Origin: an uncultured Gammaproteobacteria bacterium
GTDB taxonomy: Bacteria > Pseudomonadota > Gammaproteobacteria > UBA9214
DNA length: 64,000 bases
Direction: 5' to 3'
NCBI GenBank assembly: GCA_963748215.1
Contig: CAVVHS010000007.1
Location: 128,001 to 192,000, forward strand
Shown: positions 12,779-24,905 of the stretch, one piece after another
How the letters are laid out: each line of letters begins with the position of its first letter
Position numbering within the stretch: the first letter of the stretch is position 1
The notes under the pieces: generated by a model
Databases searched by the model: none
Told to the model about the DNA's origin: nothing
Seen by the model: only the letters and a program-made list of their open reading frames with translations
Position numbers and translations under genes: made by a program

Positions 12779-15337
12779 TCATATTCTCCGATTTTCACTA
12801 GATGTCTTGAGTCCGTCTGTTAGATAGTCTTCAAGCAAATCTTTTGTTTCCGCAAACGTATTTATGACGGATTTGAGGTATGAAATATATTCGTAATCAT
12901 TCAGGTCACTGCTTAGTCTTTCGCTGCAAAGTTTGTGAAGAGCCATGGCACCCATGCTGCCAGCGCTCCCCTTAAGGGCGTGTGATAAGTCATTATATTT
13001 TTTGAAGTCTCTTGTTGCTATAGCCTCTTCCATGTCGGTTATTAATTTGTCTGCATCTGCAAGAAATCCTCTAACCAACGGCTCCATAAAATTATCATCC
13101 TCAGATAAAAGCTTAAGATCGTTCAAGACCTTATAGTCTACGATGTCAATATTTTTGGCGATACTGGATTGTGTGCTTGAATCATGTTTGTCTTCAATAT
13201 TGAGGGATGTAATCTGTAGATCTTTAGTATGAGTAGAATTAACCCTGGCGGAGAGCCTTGCAACTGTATCGAGCAGCTTGTTTACGTTAATTGGCTTGGT
13301 TAAATATGCGTCTACATTAGCTTCCACGCATTCCCTCAATGCTTCGGTTGTTGCGTTAGCAGTTAAAATGATTATTGGGGCTTTGTTTTCTCTATTTGCA
13401 GTGTAGTTGTATATTTTTGTGGCCTCTATGCCGCCCATGACAGGCATCTGCATATCTAGGATAATTATGTCGTAATCATCCGCTTCCAATGCATCTAGCG
13501 CCTCTTGCCCATTATTAACAATGTGCGGGATATGGTGAGCACGTTCGAGTATTTTTGTAATTACAAGTTGATTCGTTGGATTGTCTTCCGCAACCAATAT
13601 TTTCAGATTGGATGCATTAGAGGCAGATTTCTCGAAATACTTGTTAAAGCTTATTACATTGATGTTATCGATCGCTCCAACGTTGGCAGCATGCAGTGCA
13701 TTATATAGTGCAGATTTATTTAACGGATAGCGTAGTACGAAATCATATTCATCGCTGCTGTATATTTCGTTATTTTCTTCACTGGTGAAATATATCATTG
13801 GTGCTGAAGTGAATTTTCTGCACTGTATAGCAAATTCATGAGCATCGACGCCTGCTTTCCAAATGTTTTCAGAGTCAACAATGATTGATGAATATGGATG
13901 TACGGGCATGGGCTTGGTGAGCTTCTCGATGGCGGTGGTTGGATTGCTGCACCAATCTGAAGATATTCCCCATGCGTGAAGTGAATCGGTTAAATCGTGA
14001 TTATCATATTCACCTATAACAAGCACATGAATATTATTTAATTCACCAAGGCTGTCTATATCTGCAGCATCCTCTTGCTTATCAAATACAATTTCGAACC
14101 AGAAAGTACTGCCTGCGCCTTCAGCGCTATGTAAACCGATTGTTCCACCCATTAATTCTACGATTTGTTTGGATATGGTGGTTCCGAGGCCAGTACCACC
14201 ATATTTTCTGGTGGTAGAACTGTCAGCCTGTGTGAAGCTCTCAAAAATATTCTTTTGTGCGCTAACTGATATGCCAATACCGGTATCGATAACCTCAAAA
14301 CGCAAGCGTGCAGATGACGCGTCTTCACTAACTGTCGTGATATTTATGCTCACAGAGCCTTTTTCTGTAAATTTGATGGCATTACCCAATAGGTTCACGA
14401 TGACCTGTCTTAAGTGATGGGGGTCGCCAACAAGTCTGTAAGGAGTGGTGGCAGTAATTGAGTAATTAAGTTTTAAATCTTTGGTGTCGGCCTGTACGCG
14501 CACCATAGAAACTGTATTATTAATTAAACTGTGGAGGTCAAAAGCAGTATTTTCAATGCAGAATTTGCCAGCCTCGATTTTTGAAATATCGAGTACATCT
14601 TCAATTAACGAGAGAAGTGATTGCGCAGAGGCGCGTAATGTCCTGGACAGCTCTTTTTGTTCATCTGTCAGTTCAGTGCTAGAAAGTAGGTCGCTCATGC
14701 AAATAACACCGTTTAATGGTGTTCTAATCTCATGGCTCATATTAGCAAGAAACACGCTTTTAGACCTGTTTGCATTCTCTGCGACGGCTTTTGCCTGTGT
14801 TAGTTTGCTGAGCAAAACATAAAAGAATATTGGTAAAATTACGAGGCCTATTAATAGGCCAATGCCGGCGATTCGCTGCTCGATCCAGTAATCTGTTGTG
14901 AGTAATACTATGGAAAATTCAGAGACAGCAATGATGGTCCCAGCGATGAGGTAGTGCTGGCCAAATCTCATGCCGTAACCGATAATCAGCCACAGGTAAA
15001 CCGAGAAGCAAATTGTAGCTTCATCGCCACCATAATGTAGAGTTAGTGAGAGAAAGGATAAATCTAATACTAACGTGAAACCACGTCTTAACTTCGAGTC
15101 GTCTCGGTAGAGCTTGAAGCTGAAAAGAATAAGAATCGCTATTGCATCATAGCTTGTTAAAAAGCCAACAGGCTGTTCAAGAATATTTGGTAGGCCAAGT
15201 AGTGTGTAATGCAGAGATAAGTAGACTGTAATTGCAGATAAGATAATCAACCTTATTACAGCTTGTTCAAATTCACCACTACCTTTCGAATGTGGAAATT
15301 CAAGGGCGCCAATTAAGCGAGTGAAGAAACTAGACAT
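12779..15337 (-). CDS. rpfC: Hybrid sensor kinase, RpfC-like (5 TM-HisKA-HATPase-pseudo-REC-REC-HPt)
   Basis: [10 protein letters not shown]-terminus, [44 protein letters not shown]. Confidence 0.85.
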   Translation of the reverse strand: MSSFFTRLIGALEFPHSKGSGEFEQAVIRLIILSAITVYLSLHYTLLGLPNILEQPVGFLTSYDAIAILILFSFKLYRDDSKLRRGFTLVLDLSFLSLTLHYGGDEATICFSVYLWLIIGYGMRFGQHYLIAGTIIAVSEFSIVLLTTDYWIEQRIAGIGLLIGLVILPIFFYVLLSKLTQAKAVAENANRSKSVFLANMSHEIRTPLNGVICMSDLLSSTELTDEQKELSRTLRASAQSLLSLIEDVLDISKIEAGKFCIENTAFDLHSLINNTVSMVRVQADTKDLKLNYSITATTPYRLVGDPHHLRQVIVNLLGNAIKFTEKGSVSINITTVSEDASSARLRFEVIDTGIGISVSAQKNIFESFTQADSSTTRKYGGTGLGTTISKQIVELMGGTIGLHSAEGAGSTFWFEIVFDKQEDAADIDSLGELNNIHVLVIGEYDNHDLTDSLHAWGISSDWCSNPTTAIEKLTKPMPVHPYSSIIVDSENIWKAGVDAHEFAIQCRKFTSAPMIYFTSEENNEIYSSDEYDFVLRYPLNKSALYNALHAANVGAIDNINVISFNKYFEKSASNASNLKILVAEDNPTNQLVITKILERAHHIPHIVNNGQEALDALEADDYDIIILDMQMPVMGGIEATKIYNYTANRENKAPIIILTANATTEALRECVEANVDAYLTKPINVNKLLDTVARLSARVNSTHTKDLQITSLNIEDKHDSSTQSSIAKNIDIVDYKVLNDLKLLSEDDNFMEPLVRGFLADADKLITDMEEAIATRDFKKYNDLSHALKGSAGSMGAMALHKLCSERLSSDLNDYEYISYLKSVINTFAETKDLLEDYLTDGLKTSSENRRI

Positions 15338-15348
15338 AATGTCTACAC

Positions 15349-16407
15349 TTAACGTGACATGTGTTTTTCAATATCCGGCAACAATCCCTGAATCTTTGCA
15401 ACAGCGTCTATCTGCGATTTGAACGCATCCAGAATCTCCGGATCAAAATGCTTGCCGCGGTGACTCTCCATGTAATCAAGCGCAGCCTGTGTAGACCAGG
15501 CATTTTTATACGGGCGCTCTGATACCAGGGCATCAAACACGTCAGCAACGGCTACAATTCTAGCTTCAATGGGTATTTCCTCGCCTTTTTTCCCATATGG
15601 GTAACCGCTGCCGTCGTATTTCTCATGATGTCCAAGCGCAATAATTCCACCCATCTGGAGAAACTTTGAAGGGCTGTCTTTGAGAATATCGTGTCCGATA
15701 ATCGTGTGTGTCTTCATTATCTCGAACTCAGCGGGTGTCAATTTCCCGGGCTTTAATAATATATCGTCCCTTATGCCGATTTTCCCGATATCGTGCATGG
15801 GTGCTGCCATCTCGATAACCTCGGCATTATCCCGTGAGAGACCAATTTCTTCGGCTATGATGCGCGAGTACTTCGCCATGCGGATAATATGATTACCGGT
15901 TTCCTCATCCCGGTATTCACCCGCACGTGCAAGACGCAGCAGGGTTTCGCGTTCACGCATACGTACCTCGCTGGTCGCCTCGGCAACACGACGTTCGAGC
16001 CAGCGTGATCTGTCGCTGATAATTTTGTATTGCTGATGTTGTGTCAGCAGGTTGCGGCAGCGTGCGCGACATTCGTGATGATCAACGGGCTTCATCAGGA
16101 AGTCGGTGGCGCCAACTCCGAGTGCCTCATAGCGGACATTTCTATCCTCAATAGATGTGACCATGATGACCGGCACATGTGCGGACGAGGGACTCAAACG
16201 GAACTTGCGGATAAATTCAACACCGTTCATTTCCGGCATCTTGTAGTCAACCAGTACGAGATCAACCGGATGATTAGCAGTCCATGCCAGCGCTTCCAGC
16301 GGGTTGGCAAAATCATGCACGGTAATATTCTGCTCAATGGTGCTGACCAGTTGTTTGAGAATCTGCCGGCTGGTCAGCTGATCATCAATAATCAAGATTG
16401 TGCTCAT
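15349..16407 (-). CDS. rpfG: REC + HD-GYP c-di-GMP phosphodiesterase, RpfG-like
   Basis: VDYKMP receiver; HDIGKIGI; [11 protein letters not shown]; directly upstream of rpfC. Confidence 0.88.
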   Translation of the reverse strand: MSTILIIDDQLTSRQILKQLVSTIEQNITVHDFANPLEALAWTANHPVDLVLVDYKMPEMNGVEFIRKFRLSPSSAHVPVIMVTSIEDRNVRYEALGVGATDFLMKPVDHHECRARCRNLLTQHQQYKIISDRSRWLERRVAEATSEVRMRERETLLRLARAGEYRDEETGNHIIRMAKYSRIIAEEIGLSRDNAEVIEMAAPMHDIGKIGIRDDILLKPGKLTPAEFEIMKTHTIIGHDILKDSPSKFLQMGGIIALGHHEKYDGSGYPYGKKGEEIPIEARIVAVADVFDALVSERPYKNAWSTQAALDYMESHRGKHFDPEILDAFKSQIDAVAKIQGLLPDIEKHMSR

Positions 16408-16733
16408 TTCTCCGACCCTGATTTACGCGAATATTTTAATTTCATCTGCAACGGCACCTTGGAACCCGGCAATTTACCTGTTTCTGCATGATCAGAATGA
16501 CATAACATATTGAATATCAAGATATATACCTTCAGGCCAGGTTCATACAGTAATATCGGCGTAATTCACAAAAAACTTAAACCTTTCAGGTATCTGTGTG
16601 TTTCGATGTGGTTACTGAAACGCGCGGACACAATGTGTGCCGGTGCTGCCATGATTCCAGGTCCAAAATGGCAGCACAGTTGCGGGTGGCGGGACGGACT
16701 GTACAATACTGCGAACTTTACAACGGAACATGT

Positions 16734-16958
16734 ATGGACAACGAAGACAAGCAGGGCAACACGGCGCCTTCAATGCTGGATGTGCTGTACAGTGTGCTGG
16801 CCAGTATGTTCGGGGTGCAAAGCAATCGCAATCGTGAAAAAGATTTCACGCATGGCAAGCCGTCTCAATACATCATTATCGGCCTGCTGGTGACAGTGTT
16901 TTTCGTGCTGAGTGTCTGGGGTGTGGTGCAGCTGGTGATGAAGCTGGCGGGCATCTGA
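16734..16958 (+). CDS. Small membrane protein, DUF2970-like
   Basis: SVLASMFGVQSNRNREKDF...GKP motif plus a TM helix. Confidence 0.8.
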   Translation: MDNEDKQGNTAPSMLDVLYSVLASMFGVQSNRNREKDFTHGKPSQYIIIGLLVTVFFVLSVWGVVQLVMKLAGI

Positions 16959-19724
16959 TTACAAGGCCAGGATCTTCTCCAGCTGTGCTTGCAGGTTACT
17001 GATTGCCGTCAGCAGTTCCGATACGCGTGACCGCTCTTTGTCGACAACAGCTGCAGGTGCCTTGTCAACAAAGCTTGCGTTGTTGAGTTTTTTCTCGCAG
17101 CGATCCAGTTCGTCCTTCCTGCGTTCCAGATCTTTCCTTAGTCGGAGTATCTCCGCGTCCTTGTCGATCAGGCCGGCCAGCGGAATCAACAGTTTCATGT
17201 TGCCAACCAGCGCAACTGAAGACTCCGGTGCCATCTCCCCTTCATTCAGCCAGGTCACTGACTCAATGCGTCCAACCGTGCTGAGGTAATGGCCATTTTG
17301 ATCGAGCAGCGTACGATCCCTGGTGTTGCCACCTTCCAGCAGCACGGGAAGCATTTTGCGTGGATCGATATTCATCCCGCTACGGATTTTGCGCACACCG
17401 ATGATGAATTCCTTTAACCAGCCGATTTCTGCGCATGCGTTTGCATCAATTCTGTCGGGGTCGGGGAGCGGGTAGGGCTGCAGCATTATCGTGCTGCCTT
17501 CGACAGCCGCAAGAGGTGCCATGCGCTGCCAGATTTCCTCGCTGATAAACGGGACCAGCGGATGTAGCAGGCGCAGCACGGTTTCCATGACACTCACGAG
17601 AGTGCGGCGCGTACCGCGCAGCGCAGCGGGGCTGCTATTCGGGTCGGTCAGTACCGGCTTGGACAGCTCCAGGTACCAGTCACAGTACTCGTCCCAGATA
17701 AACGAGTACATGGCCTGTGCGGCATGGTCGAAGCGGTAGGTTCCGATCGCATCGAGTACTGCCTGCTCGGTTTCCTGCAATTGCGAGATGATCCAGCGGT
17801 CTGCGGCGCTCAGTTCGACCACGTCGCCGGCCTGGCCGCAGTCCTGGTCTTCCGTGTTCAAAAGTACGTAGCGGGCGGCGTTCCATAACTTGTTGCAGAA
17901 ATTCCGGTAACCCTCGATACGGCCAAGATCGAAATTGATATCGCGCCCGGTAGAGGCCAGCGCGGCAAAGGTGAAGCGCAGGGCATCGGTCCCGTAGGCC
18001 GGAATGCCGTCCGGGAAGTCCTTGCGTGTGAGCTTTTCGATCTTGTCGGCCATCTGTGGCTGCATCAGCGCTGAACGCCGCTTGGCAACCAGCGATTCAA
18101 GATCGATGCCGTCGATCAGGTCGATCGGATCGAGGACGTTGCCCTTGGATTTGGACATCTTGTTGCCATGGGCATCACGCACCAGACCGTGGATGTAGAC
18201 TTCCCGGAACGGGACATCACCCATGAACTTCAGACCCATCATGATCATGCGGGCAACCCAGAAGAAGATGATGTCGAAACCGGTGACCAGTACACTCGTC
18301 GGGTAGAAGGTCTTGACCGCTTCCGACTGGTGCGGCCAGCCGAGGGTGCTGAACGGCCATAAGGCCGAGGAGAACCAGGTGTCCAGCACGTCCTCGTCCT
18401 GACCCAGCGGCACGCTGCTGCCCAGCTTGTGTTTGGCGCGCACCTCGGCTTCCGTGCGCCCGACATAGACATTGCCGTCGTCGTCATACCAGGCCGGGAT
18501 ACGGTGACCCCACCAGATCTGGCGCGAGATACACCAGTCCTGGATGTTGCGCATCCACTCGAAATAGGTGTTTTTCCAGTTGTCGGGCACGAAGCGGATG
18601 GTGCCGTCTTGCACGGCCCGAATTGCCGGTTCCGCCAGTGGGCCGATCTTCACGAACCACTGATCGGTCAGATACGGTTCCACCACCGCTCCGGAGCGGT
18701 CCCCGCGCGGCACCATCAGCCTGTGATCGTCGATTTTCTCCAGCAGGCCCTGCGATTGCAGGTCGGCGACGATGCGCTTGCGTGCCTCGAAACGGTCCAG
18801 ACCCTGGTAGGCACAATCGACCGTGTCGTTGACGCAGGCATCGACGGTGAAAATGTTGATCAACGGCAGGTCGTGACGCTTGCCCATTTCGTAGTCGTTG
18901 AAGTCGTGCGCGGGCGTTATCTTCACGCAGCCGGTGCCGAACTCGGGATCAACGTATTCGTCCGCTATCACGGGTATCTCGCGTTCGGTTAGCGGCAGGC
19001 GGATAGTCTTGCCGACCAGCGCCTGGTAGCGTTCGTCGTCGGGGTGGACAGCGACTGCCGCATCACCGAGCATGGTTTCCGGACGGGTGGTGGCGACCAC
19101 CAGGTGTCCGGTGCCGTCGGACAGCGGGTAGCGCATGTACCAGAGATGTCCGGCTTCCTCTTCGGAGACCACTTCGAGATCGGACACCGCCGTATGCAAT
19201 ACCGGGTCCCAGTTCACCAGGCGCTTGCCGCGGTAGATCAGGCCTTCCTCGTAGAGGCGCACAAAGGTTTCCTTTACCGCCTCGGACAGGCCATCGTCCA
19301 TGGTGAAACGTTCGCGCGACCAGTCCAGCGACGCGCCCATGCGGCGCAGCTGGCGGGTAATGGTGCCGCCCGACTCGTGTTTCCACTCCCAGATGCGCTT
19401 GATGAATTCCGCGCGGCCGAGGTCATGACGGGTGACATTCTGTGCGGCGAGCTGTCGTTCCACCACCATCTGGGTTGCGATGCCGGCATGGTCGGTGCCG
19501 GCCTGCCAGAGGGTGTTGTCGCCGCGCATGCGGTGATAGCGGGTGAGGGCGTCCATCAGGGTGTCCTGGAAGGCATGTCCCATGTGCAGGCTGCCGGTGA
19601 CATTCGGCGGCGGGATCATGATGCAGTAGGGAGTGCCCGTACCGGATGGCGCAAAGTAGCCTTCCCGCTCCCAGGTTTCATACCAGTGCTGCTCGATGGC
19701 GTGAGGATTGTAGGTCTTGTCCAT
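16959..19724 (-). CDS. valS: Valine--tRNA ligase
   Basis: [19 protein letters not shown]-terminal coiled coil. Confidence 0.98.
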   Translation of the reverse strand: MDKTYNPHAIEQHWYETWEREGYFAPSGTGTPYCIMIPPPNVTGSLHMGHAFQDTLMDALTRYHRMRGDNTLWQAGTDHAGIATQMVVERQLAAQNVTRHDLGRAEFIKRIWEWKHESGGTITRQLRRMGASLDWSRERFTMDDGLSEAVKETFVRLYEEGLIYRGKRLVNWDPVLHTAVSDLEVVSEEEAGHLWYMRYPLSDGTGHLVVATTRPETMLGDAAVAVHPDDERYQALVGKTIRLPLTEREIPVIADEYVDPEFGTGCVKITPAHDFNDYEMGKRHDLPLINIFTVDACVNDTVDCAYQGLDRFEARKRIVADLQSQGLLEKIDDHRLMVPRGDRSGAVVEPYLTDQWFVKIGPLAEPAIRAVQDGTIRFVPDNWKNTYFEWMRNIQDWCISRQIWWGHRIPAWYDDDGNVYVGRTEAEVRAKHKLGSSVPLGQDEDVLDTWFSSALWPFSTLGWPHQSEAVKTFYPTSVLVTGFDIIFFWVARMIMMGLKFMGDVPFREVYIHGLVRDAHGNKMSKSKGNVLDPIDLIDGIDLESLVAKRRSALMQPQMADKIEKLTRKDFPDGIPAYGTDALRFTFAALASTGRDINFDLGRIEGYRNFCNKLWNAARYVLLNTEDQDCGQAGDVVELSAADRWIISQLQETEQAVLDAIGTYRFDHAAQAMYSFIWDEYCDWYLELSKPVLTDPNSSPAALRGTRRTLVSVMETVLRLLHPLVPFISEEIWQRMAPLAAVEGSTIMLQPYPLPDPDRIDANACAEIGWLKEFIIGVRKIRSGMNIDPRKMLPVLLEGGNTRDRTLLDQNGHYLSTVGRIESVTWLNEGEMAPESSVALVGNMKLLIPLAGLIDKDAEILRLRKDLERRKDELDRCEKKLNNASFVDKAPAAVVDKERSRVSELLTAISNLQAQLEKILAL

Positions 19725-19805
19725 GTGCTATCGGTAAGGTCAGCCAGGCCTGCTCGCCCAAAGCCGGGGATTATACCCGATGGCGGGTGATTTGCCCGGT
19801 AAGTG

Positions 19806-20183
19806 CTAGGAGATGATGCCTTCGTCCTGCAGGGCCTTGGCCAGCAGTTCGGGCAGTGCGTCCTCCAGCTGGTTACGGATCAGCTCGAAGGAGCGGACAT
19901 TGTTGTCGTCCAGGGCCTTGTTGACGACGTTCTCGATGGCGATGCCGAGTGTCTGTTCGATCTGCAGCCGGATGCCGCGTGTCAGTTCCGCGGCGACCTC
20001 GTCGAGCTGTTGCTGAAAGAGTTCGCTGCGGAGCAGTTCCTCCGCGAGTTCGGCCGTGCTCAGGCCGGGGGAGGGCAGATCGGGGGCTGCCTCTGCGGCA
20101 AGCAGCGATTCTTCGGATACGATATCGGTGAGGATGGGGACACCCTCGGAATCGACCGGTATATCGTGATAATGCTCGCTCAT
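19806..20183 (-). CDS. Acidic hypothetical protein in the holC-valS operon
   Basis: Overlaps the holC stop (ATGA); VPILTDIV motif followed by helical region. Confidence 0.75.
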   Translation of the reverse strand: MSEHYHDIPVDSEGVPILTDIVSEESLLAAEAAPDLPSPGLSTAELAEELLRSELFQQQLDEVAAELTRGIRLQIEQTLGIAIENVVNKALDDNNVRSFELIRNQLEDALPELLAKALQDEGIIS

Positions 20184-20605
20184 AACTTGTGCGTGTTAAG
20201 AGTGTAGCCACGGTCCTGGTAGAAGCGATAGCGCTCGCGCGCCGCGGCTCGCGCTGTTTCATCGCCACCGACCAGTTCGGCCACGCGCTTGAAGCGGCCG
20301 AACCAGAGCGGCACATCGCTGTCGAGGTTAACCAGCACGTCAGCGGGGCCGTCGGGTTCGAGCGCATGGCCGATCAGGATGGGCTGGCCGGCGTCGGTTG
20401 TTCCGGAATAGACCATATGTGGCAGAAAACTGCCGGCGCGAAAGGTCCACAACAGGTCATCGAGCTGTTTCAGTTGCGGTGCGGATTGCGCATTGATGTA
20501 CACCTGGTGGCCCTGCTTGTAGGCCTTCTCGGCCAGCCGGCAGGTGAACAGCGTCCACGCCTCCGGCGCAGAGTCATTCAGGATGTAGAAATCCACCTGT
20601 GTCAT
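20180..20605 (-). CDS. holC: DNA polymerase III chi subunit
   Basis: MTQVDFYIL, LDDLLWTF..SFLPH, ARERYRFY. Confidence 0.95.
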   Translation of the reverse strand: MTQVDFYILNDSAPEAWTLFTCRLAEKAYKQGHQVYINAQSAPQLKQLDDLLWTFRAGSFLPHMVYSGTTDAGQPILIGHALEPDGPADVLVNLDSDVPLWFGRFKRVAELVGGDETARAAARERYRFYQDRGYTLNTHKL

Positions 20606-22095
20606 CAGTCAGCGCAACGGTCCAGCAGGAACTGGGTGAGCAGGGTAACCGGTCGCCCGGTGGCGCCTTTCTCCTTGCCGTTTTTCCAGGCGACCCCGGC
20701 GATGTCGAGATGCGCCCAATGGTAGTTCTTTGTGAAGCGTGACAGGAAGCAGGCCGCGGTGATGGTGCCGGCTTCGCGTCCACCGATATTGGCCATGTCG
20801 GCGAAGTTGCTGTCGAGCTGGGGCTGGTAGTCCTCCCATAACGGCAACTGCCAGGCGCGGTCAGCGGCGCTTTCCCCGGCGGCCAGCAACTGGTTGGCCA
20901 GGTCACCATCGTTGCTCAACAGGCCGGCGGCATGGCCGCCGAGCGCGATTACGCAGGCGCCGGTCAGCGTGGCGATATCGATCACCACGTCCGGCTTGAA
21001 GCGTTCGCTGTAGGTCAGGGCATCGCACAGGATCAGGCGGCCTTCGGCGTCGGTGTTCAGAATCTCGATGGTCTGACCGGACATGCTCGTCACGATGTCG
21101 CCAGGCTTGATGGCGCGCCCGCCCGGCAGGTTTTCAGTGGCGGGAATCACGCCCACCACGTTGAGCGGCAGGTTCATCTCGACGCAGGCCCTGAGTGTGC
21201 CCAGCACACTGGCGGCGCCGCACATGTCGAATTTCATCTCATCCATGGCCGCGGCCGGCTTGATGGAGATGCCGCCTGAGTCGAAGGTGACGCCCTTGCC
21301 GACCAGTACTACCGGCTTCGCGCCGGCTTTGCCGCCGCTGTATTGCAGGGTGATCAGCTTGGCCGGCTCGTCGCTGCCGCGTGCGACCGAGAGCAGCGCG
21401 CCCATGCCATGTTTCTTCATCGAGGCCTCTTCCATGACGCTGACCTTGAGCTTGGGGCTGGACTTGGCCAGTTCGCGTGCCTGGCTGGCCAGGTAGGCCG
21501 GTGTGCAGATGTTGCCCGGCAGGTTGCCGAGGGTACGCGCCAGTTCCACGCCGTTTGCGATTGCCTCGCCGTCGGTGATGGCCTTGCGGGACGACTCCTG
21601 TGCCTCGGCATGCACGTTGATTCCCATGCGCCGCAGCGGGCGGCTTTCCTTGTCCTTTTTGCTTTTCAGCTCGTCCGGGGTGTAGAGCGTGCTGCGTATG
21701 ACTTCCACATGTGCGCGGATCTTGTGGTAGTAGTCGCAGCCGTTAACGTCGAGGTCGGCGAGATAACTGACCGCGTCGCTGGCGCCGGATGCATTCGCGG
21801 CCAGCGCTGCACTGGCAAGTGCCGTGCGATAGGCGATGGCGTTGAATTCGCCCGGCTTGCCGCAGCCGACCAGCAGCACGCGTTCGCATTTCGCGCCTTC
21901 CGGGTAATGCACCAGCAGGGTCTGGCCGCTCTTGCCGTCCATATCGCCGTTGGCGAGCAGCCTGGCCAGCAGTCCGCTGGCCGACTTGTCAAAACGGCTG
22001 GCGGCATCGGATAGCTTGCGGCGTTCGAAAACGCCGAGGATTACACAGCCGGTCTTGATGTTCGCGGGGTTCTCGCACTTGACGGTGAATTTCAT
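20605..22095 (-). CDS. pepA: Leucyl aminopeptidase
   Basis: GKGVTFDSGG, MKFDM, NTDAEGRL. Confidence 0.97.
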   Translation of the reverse strand: MKFTVKCENPANIKTGCVILGVFERRKLSDAASRFDKSASGLLARLLANGDMDGKSGQTLLVHYPEGAKCERVLLVGCGKPGEFNAIAYRTALASAALAANASGASDAVSYLADLDVNGCDYYHKIRAHVEVIRSTLYTPDELKSKKDKESRPLRRMGINVHAEAQESSRKAITDGEAIANGVELARTLGNLPGNICTPAYLASQARELAKSSPKLKVSVMEEASMKKHGMGALLSVARGSDEPAKLITLQYSGGKAGAKPVVLVGKGVTFDSGGISIKPAAAMDEMKFDMCGAASVLGTLRACVEMNLPLNVVGVIPATENLPGGRAIKPGDIVTSMSGQTIEILNTDAEGRLILCDALTYSERFKPDVVIDIATLTGACVIALGGHAAGLLSNDGDLANQLLAAGESAADRAWQLPLWEDYQPQLDSNFADMANIGGREAGTITAACFLSRFTKNYHWAHLDIAGVAWKNGKEKGATGRPVTLLTQFLLDRCAD

Positions 22096-22253
22096 ACAAC
22101 TTTCCTCAATGGGCTGTCGTTGTGATTGCAGACAGCGGGCCCGGTGTTATACGGTAGCCGCAGTCTGAATGGATACCGCTCCAGGGTATCAACATAACAG
22201 GGGAGTGTACTGGAAGCCGTCGTGATTTTCATGGGGCTTCCGGACCCGGATAC

Positions 22254-23351
22254 ATGCTGCGAATCTTCGACCGCTACCTGCTTAAAGAAGTCATCTATGG
22301 CTGGCTGGCAGTGACCGTCGTGCTGTGGCTGGTGCTGGTCAGCAACCGCCTGGTGCAGTATTTGGCCGAAGCCGCGGAGGGCAATATTCCCGGCAGCCTG
22401 ATCTTCAACCTGCTGGCCCTGAAAATGGTCTGGTACCTGGTGCTGGTGGTGCCGTTTGCGCTGGCGCTCGGGGTGGTGCTGGGGCTCAGCCGCCTGTACC
22501 GGGACAACGAGATGGTGGTCATGTCGGCCTGCGGGGTGGGGCCCGCGCGCATCTATCGCCCGTTGCTGGGGTTGTCCATGATCGTTGCCGTGCTGATTGC
22601 CTGGCTGTCGCTCTATGTCAGCCCCGAGGTGCAGGGCATGAGCGACCGCCTCAAGGTCAGTGCACAACAGCAGGCCGACCTCACCGTGCTGGGTGCCGGC
22701 CGTTTCAACGATTTGCAGGGCGGCCGCGTCACCTTTTATGCGGAGCGGTTGTCTGCCGACCGCTCGCAAATGGAGAACCTGTTCATCGTGGTGCGCAGCG
22801 CCTCTGCCCAGACGCGGCCGCCGCAGCTGCTGACCGCAAAGACCGCCCGCCGCACGCTTGATGCGGACACCGGTGAGGATTTTCTGGTGCTTCAGGACGG
22901 TTACCGCTATGACGGTACGCCGGGTGAAGCCAGTTATCGCATCATGCAGTTCAGCCAGTACGGTGTGCGTATCGATCTGCCGGACGCCGTGGATCCCGGC
23001 GAAATGCGCGAGGCGGTAGCGACCCGGCGCCTGCTGGCATCGTCTGATCCGTGGGACATTGCCGAGCTGCAGTGGCGTCTGTCCATGCCGCTGTCGGTCA
23101 TCGTGCTGGTGCTGCTGGCGGTGCCGCTGACTCGTGGGGGGCCGCGGCAGGGCCGCTACGGCCGCCTGGTGATGGCCGTGCTCCTGTTTGTCGTCTACTA
23201 CAATCTGCTCGGTACGGCCAAGGTATGGGTCGGCAAGGGTGCCGTGCCACCCCAAATCGGCCTGTGGTGGGTGCCATTGCTGCCGGTCATCCTGACGCTG
23301 TTGCTGTACAACGGCGGCCGCATCGCCTGCCGGCTGGGCCTGCGGCGATGA
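22254..23351 (+). CDS. lptF: LPS export ABC permease
   Basis: YjgP/Q family, DNEMVVMSACG, AELQWR; divergent from pepA. Confidence 0.93.
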   Translation: MLRIFDRYLLKEVIYGWLAVTVVLWLVLVSNRLVQYLAEAAEGNIPGSLIFNLLALKMVWYLVLVVPFALALGVVLGLSRLYRDNEMVVMSACGVGPARIYRPLLGLSMIVAVLIAWLSLYVSPEVQGMSDRLKVSAQQQADLTVLGAGRFNDLQGGRVTFYAERLSADRSQMENLFIVVRSASAQTRPPQLLTAKTARRTLDADTGEDFLVLQDGYRYDGTPGEASYRIMQFSQYGVRIDLPDAVDPGEMREAVATRRLLASSDPWDIAELQWRLSMPLSVIVLVLLAVPLTRGGPRQGRYGRLVMAVLLFVVYYNLLGTAKVWVGKGAVPPQIGLWWVPLLPVILTLLLYNGGRIACRLGLRR

Positions 23352-24409
23352 AGTTGCTCGACCGCTACATCGGTGGCGTGGTGCTGGGCGGCACGCTGGT
23401 TGCGCTGCTGGTGGTCGTGGGTCTCGACATCTTCTTCACCGTGATCGACCAGATCGAGGACGTGGGACGCGGCGGCTACACCATGGTTACCATGCTGAAA
23501 TATGTTGCCCTGACCACGCCGCAAAGCCTTTACACGCTGTTTCCCATGGCTGCCCTGCTTGGCAGTCTGATGGGCATGGGCACGCTGGCGTCCAACAGCG
23601 AACTGATTGCGATGCGTGCCAGCGGCCTGTCGATCTGGCGGATCGTGCGTTCCGTGCTGCAGACTGGAGTGCTGATGCTGGCGGTCGCCGTGTTGCTGGG
23701 CGAGGTGGTTGCGCCGATTGCGGAGCAGTATGGACAGCACCTGCGCGTGTCGGCCACCAAACAGGGCATCAGTTTCCTGGGCGGAGAGGGACTGTGGGTG
23801 CGTGATGAGCGGTTGTATATCAATGCCCGTCGCGTGCTGGATCGTGAGCGGCTGGCCGACCTGACCGTTTACGAGTTCGACGATGATGCGCGGCTGAAAA
23901 TGGCGACCCGTGCCACGCATGCGGAATTCAGCGCCGGGCAGTGGGTGTTGCACGGCGTAGAGCAGTCCGGCTTCTCGGACGGCGGGATCGAGGTCAATCG
24001 CTTCGACACGGTGTCATGGCCGTCGCTGCTGACGCCGGACCTGCTCGGCATCGTCATGCTGAAACCGAAGCACATGTCGGCACACGATCTTGACCAGCTG
24101 GTCGGCTACCTCGCCGACAACGGGCTGGATACCCGGCAGTACCGCTTTGCCTTCTGGGGCCGCTTCATGACCCCGGTTTCGTCACTGGTGATGCTGTTCA
24201 TATCGGTGCCATTCGTGTTCAGCAGCCTGCGCTCGGTGAGTGCCGGCCAGCGCATTTTCATCGGCGTGCTGATGGGCTTCGGTTTCTATATTCTCAGCCA
24301 GGTGGCGGCCCAGATGGGGCAGGTGTACGGCCTGCCGCCGCTGGCGACCATGGTGGTGCCGAATCTCGTCTTTGTGCTGATTGGCGTCCGCGCGGTGCGC
24401 CGGTTGTAG
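23348..24409 (+). CDS. lptG: LPS export ABC permease
   Basis: MKLLDRYIG, NSELIAMRASG; ATGA overlap with lptF. Confidence 0.93.
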   Translation: MKLLDRYIGGVVLGGTLVALLVVVGLDIFFTVIDQIEDVGRGGYTMVTMLKYVALTTPQSLYTLFPMAALLGSLMGMGTLASNSELIAMRASGLSIWRIVRSVLQTGVLMLAVAVLLGEVVAPIAEQYGQHLRVSATKQGISFLGGEGLWVRDERLYINARRVLDRERLADLTVYEFDDDARLKMATRATHAEFSAGQWVLHGVEQSGFSDGGIEVNRFDTVSWPSLLTPDLLGIVMLKPKHMSAHDLDQLVGYLADNGLDTRQYRFAFWGRFMTPVSSLVMLFISVPFVFSSLRSVSAGQRIFIGVLMGFGFYILSQVAAQMGQVYGLPPLATMVVPNLVFVLIGVRAVRRL

Positions 24410-24422
24410 GCGTGGCGGCCGG

Positions 24423-24863
24423 CTAGCTGCGCTTCGGCAGCACTACCATCACCGATTCCGAAAAGCGGTCGTAAAGCGTCATTTTCTTCGGATCGACCAG
24501 CATCCAGAACAGGCCCAGTCCGCCCAGGGCCAGAGAGGGGATTGCCACCATGAATCGCAACAGGGCCTGCCAGATGGTGATCGGCCCGCCGTCGACGCTT
24601 TGCACTCGCAGTCGCCAGGCACGCATGCCCAGCGTCTGTCCGCCGTGCAGCCAGAACCAGGTGTAGAAGGAAAACCAGATCAGGAACAGGACGCTCTTGT
24701 ACCAGGGGTTGTGGTAGCTGAGTGCGCCGCGGGTGAGCATCATCGCCAGCGCGGTGGCCACCAGCAGGGCGGATAGCAGCAGCAGGCTGTCATAGAACAT
24801 GGCCACCAGGCGGCGCAATAGCCCGGCGGGCGGGTAGTCTGAGCCGCTGTCGACCTTGTCCAT
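24423..24863 (-). CDS. RDD family membrane protein
   Basis: RRLVAMFYD, GQTLGMRAWRL. Confidence 0.9.
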   Translation of the reverse strand: MDKVDSGSDYPPAGLLRRLVAMFYDSLLLLSALLVATALAMMLTRGALSYHNPWYKSVLFLIWFSFYTWFWLHGGQTLGMRAWRLRVQSVDGGPITIWQALLRFMVAIPSLALGGLGLFWMLVDPKKMTLYDRFSESVMVVLPKRS

Positions 24864-24905
24864 GCTCGTTACCGTACAGCCCCGTGCGCTGTGAGCCAGG
24901 GTCAA

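Noticed and set aside
11350-16600. Prophage, integrative element or dif site explaining the AT-rich patch
   Set aside because: No integrase, att repeats or tRNA boundary was seen, and dif-like matches (e.g. near 16495-16520) are poor.
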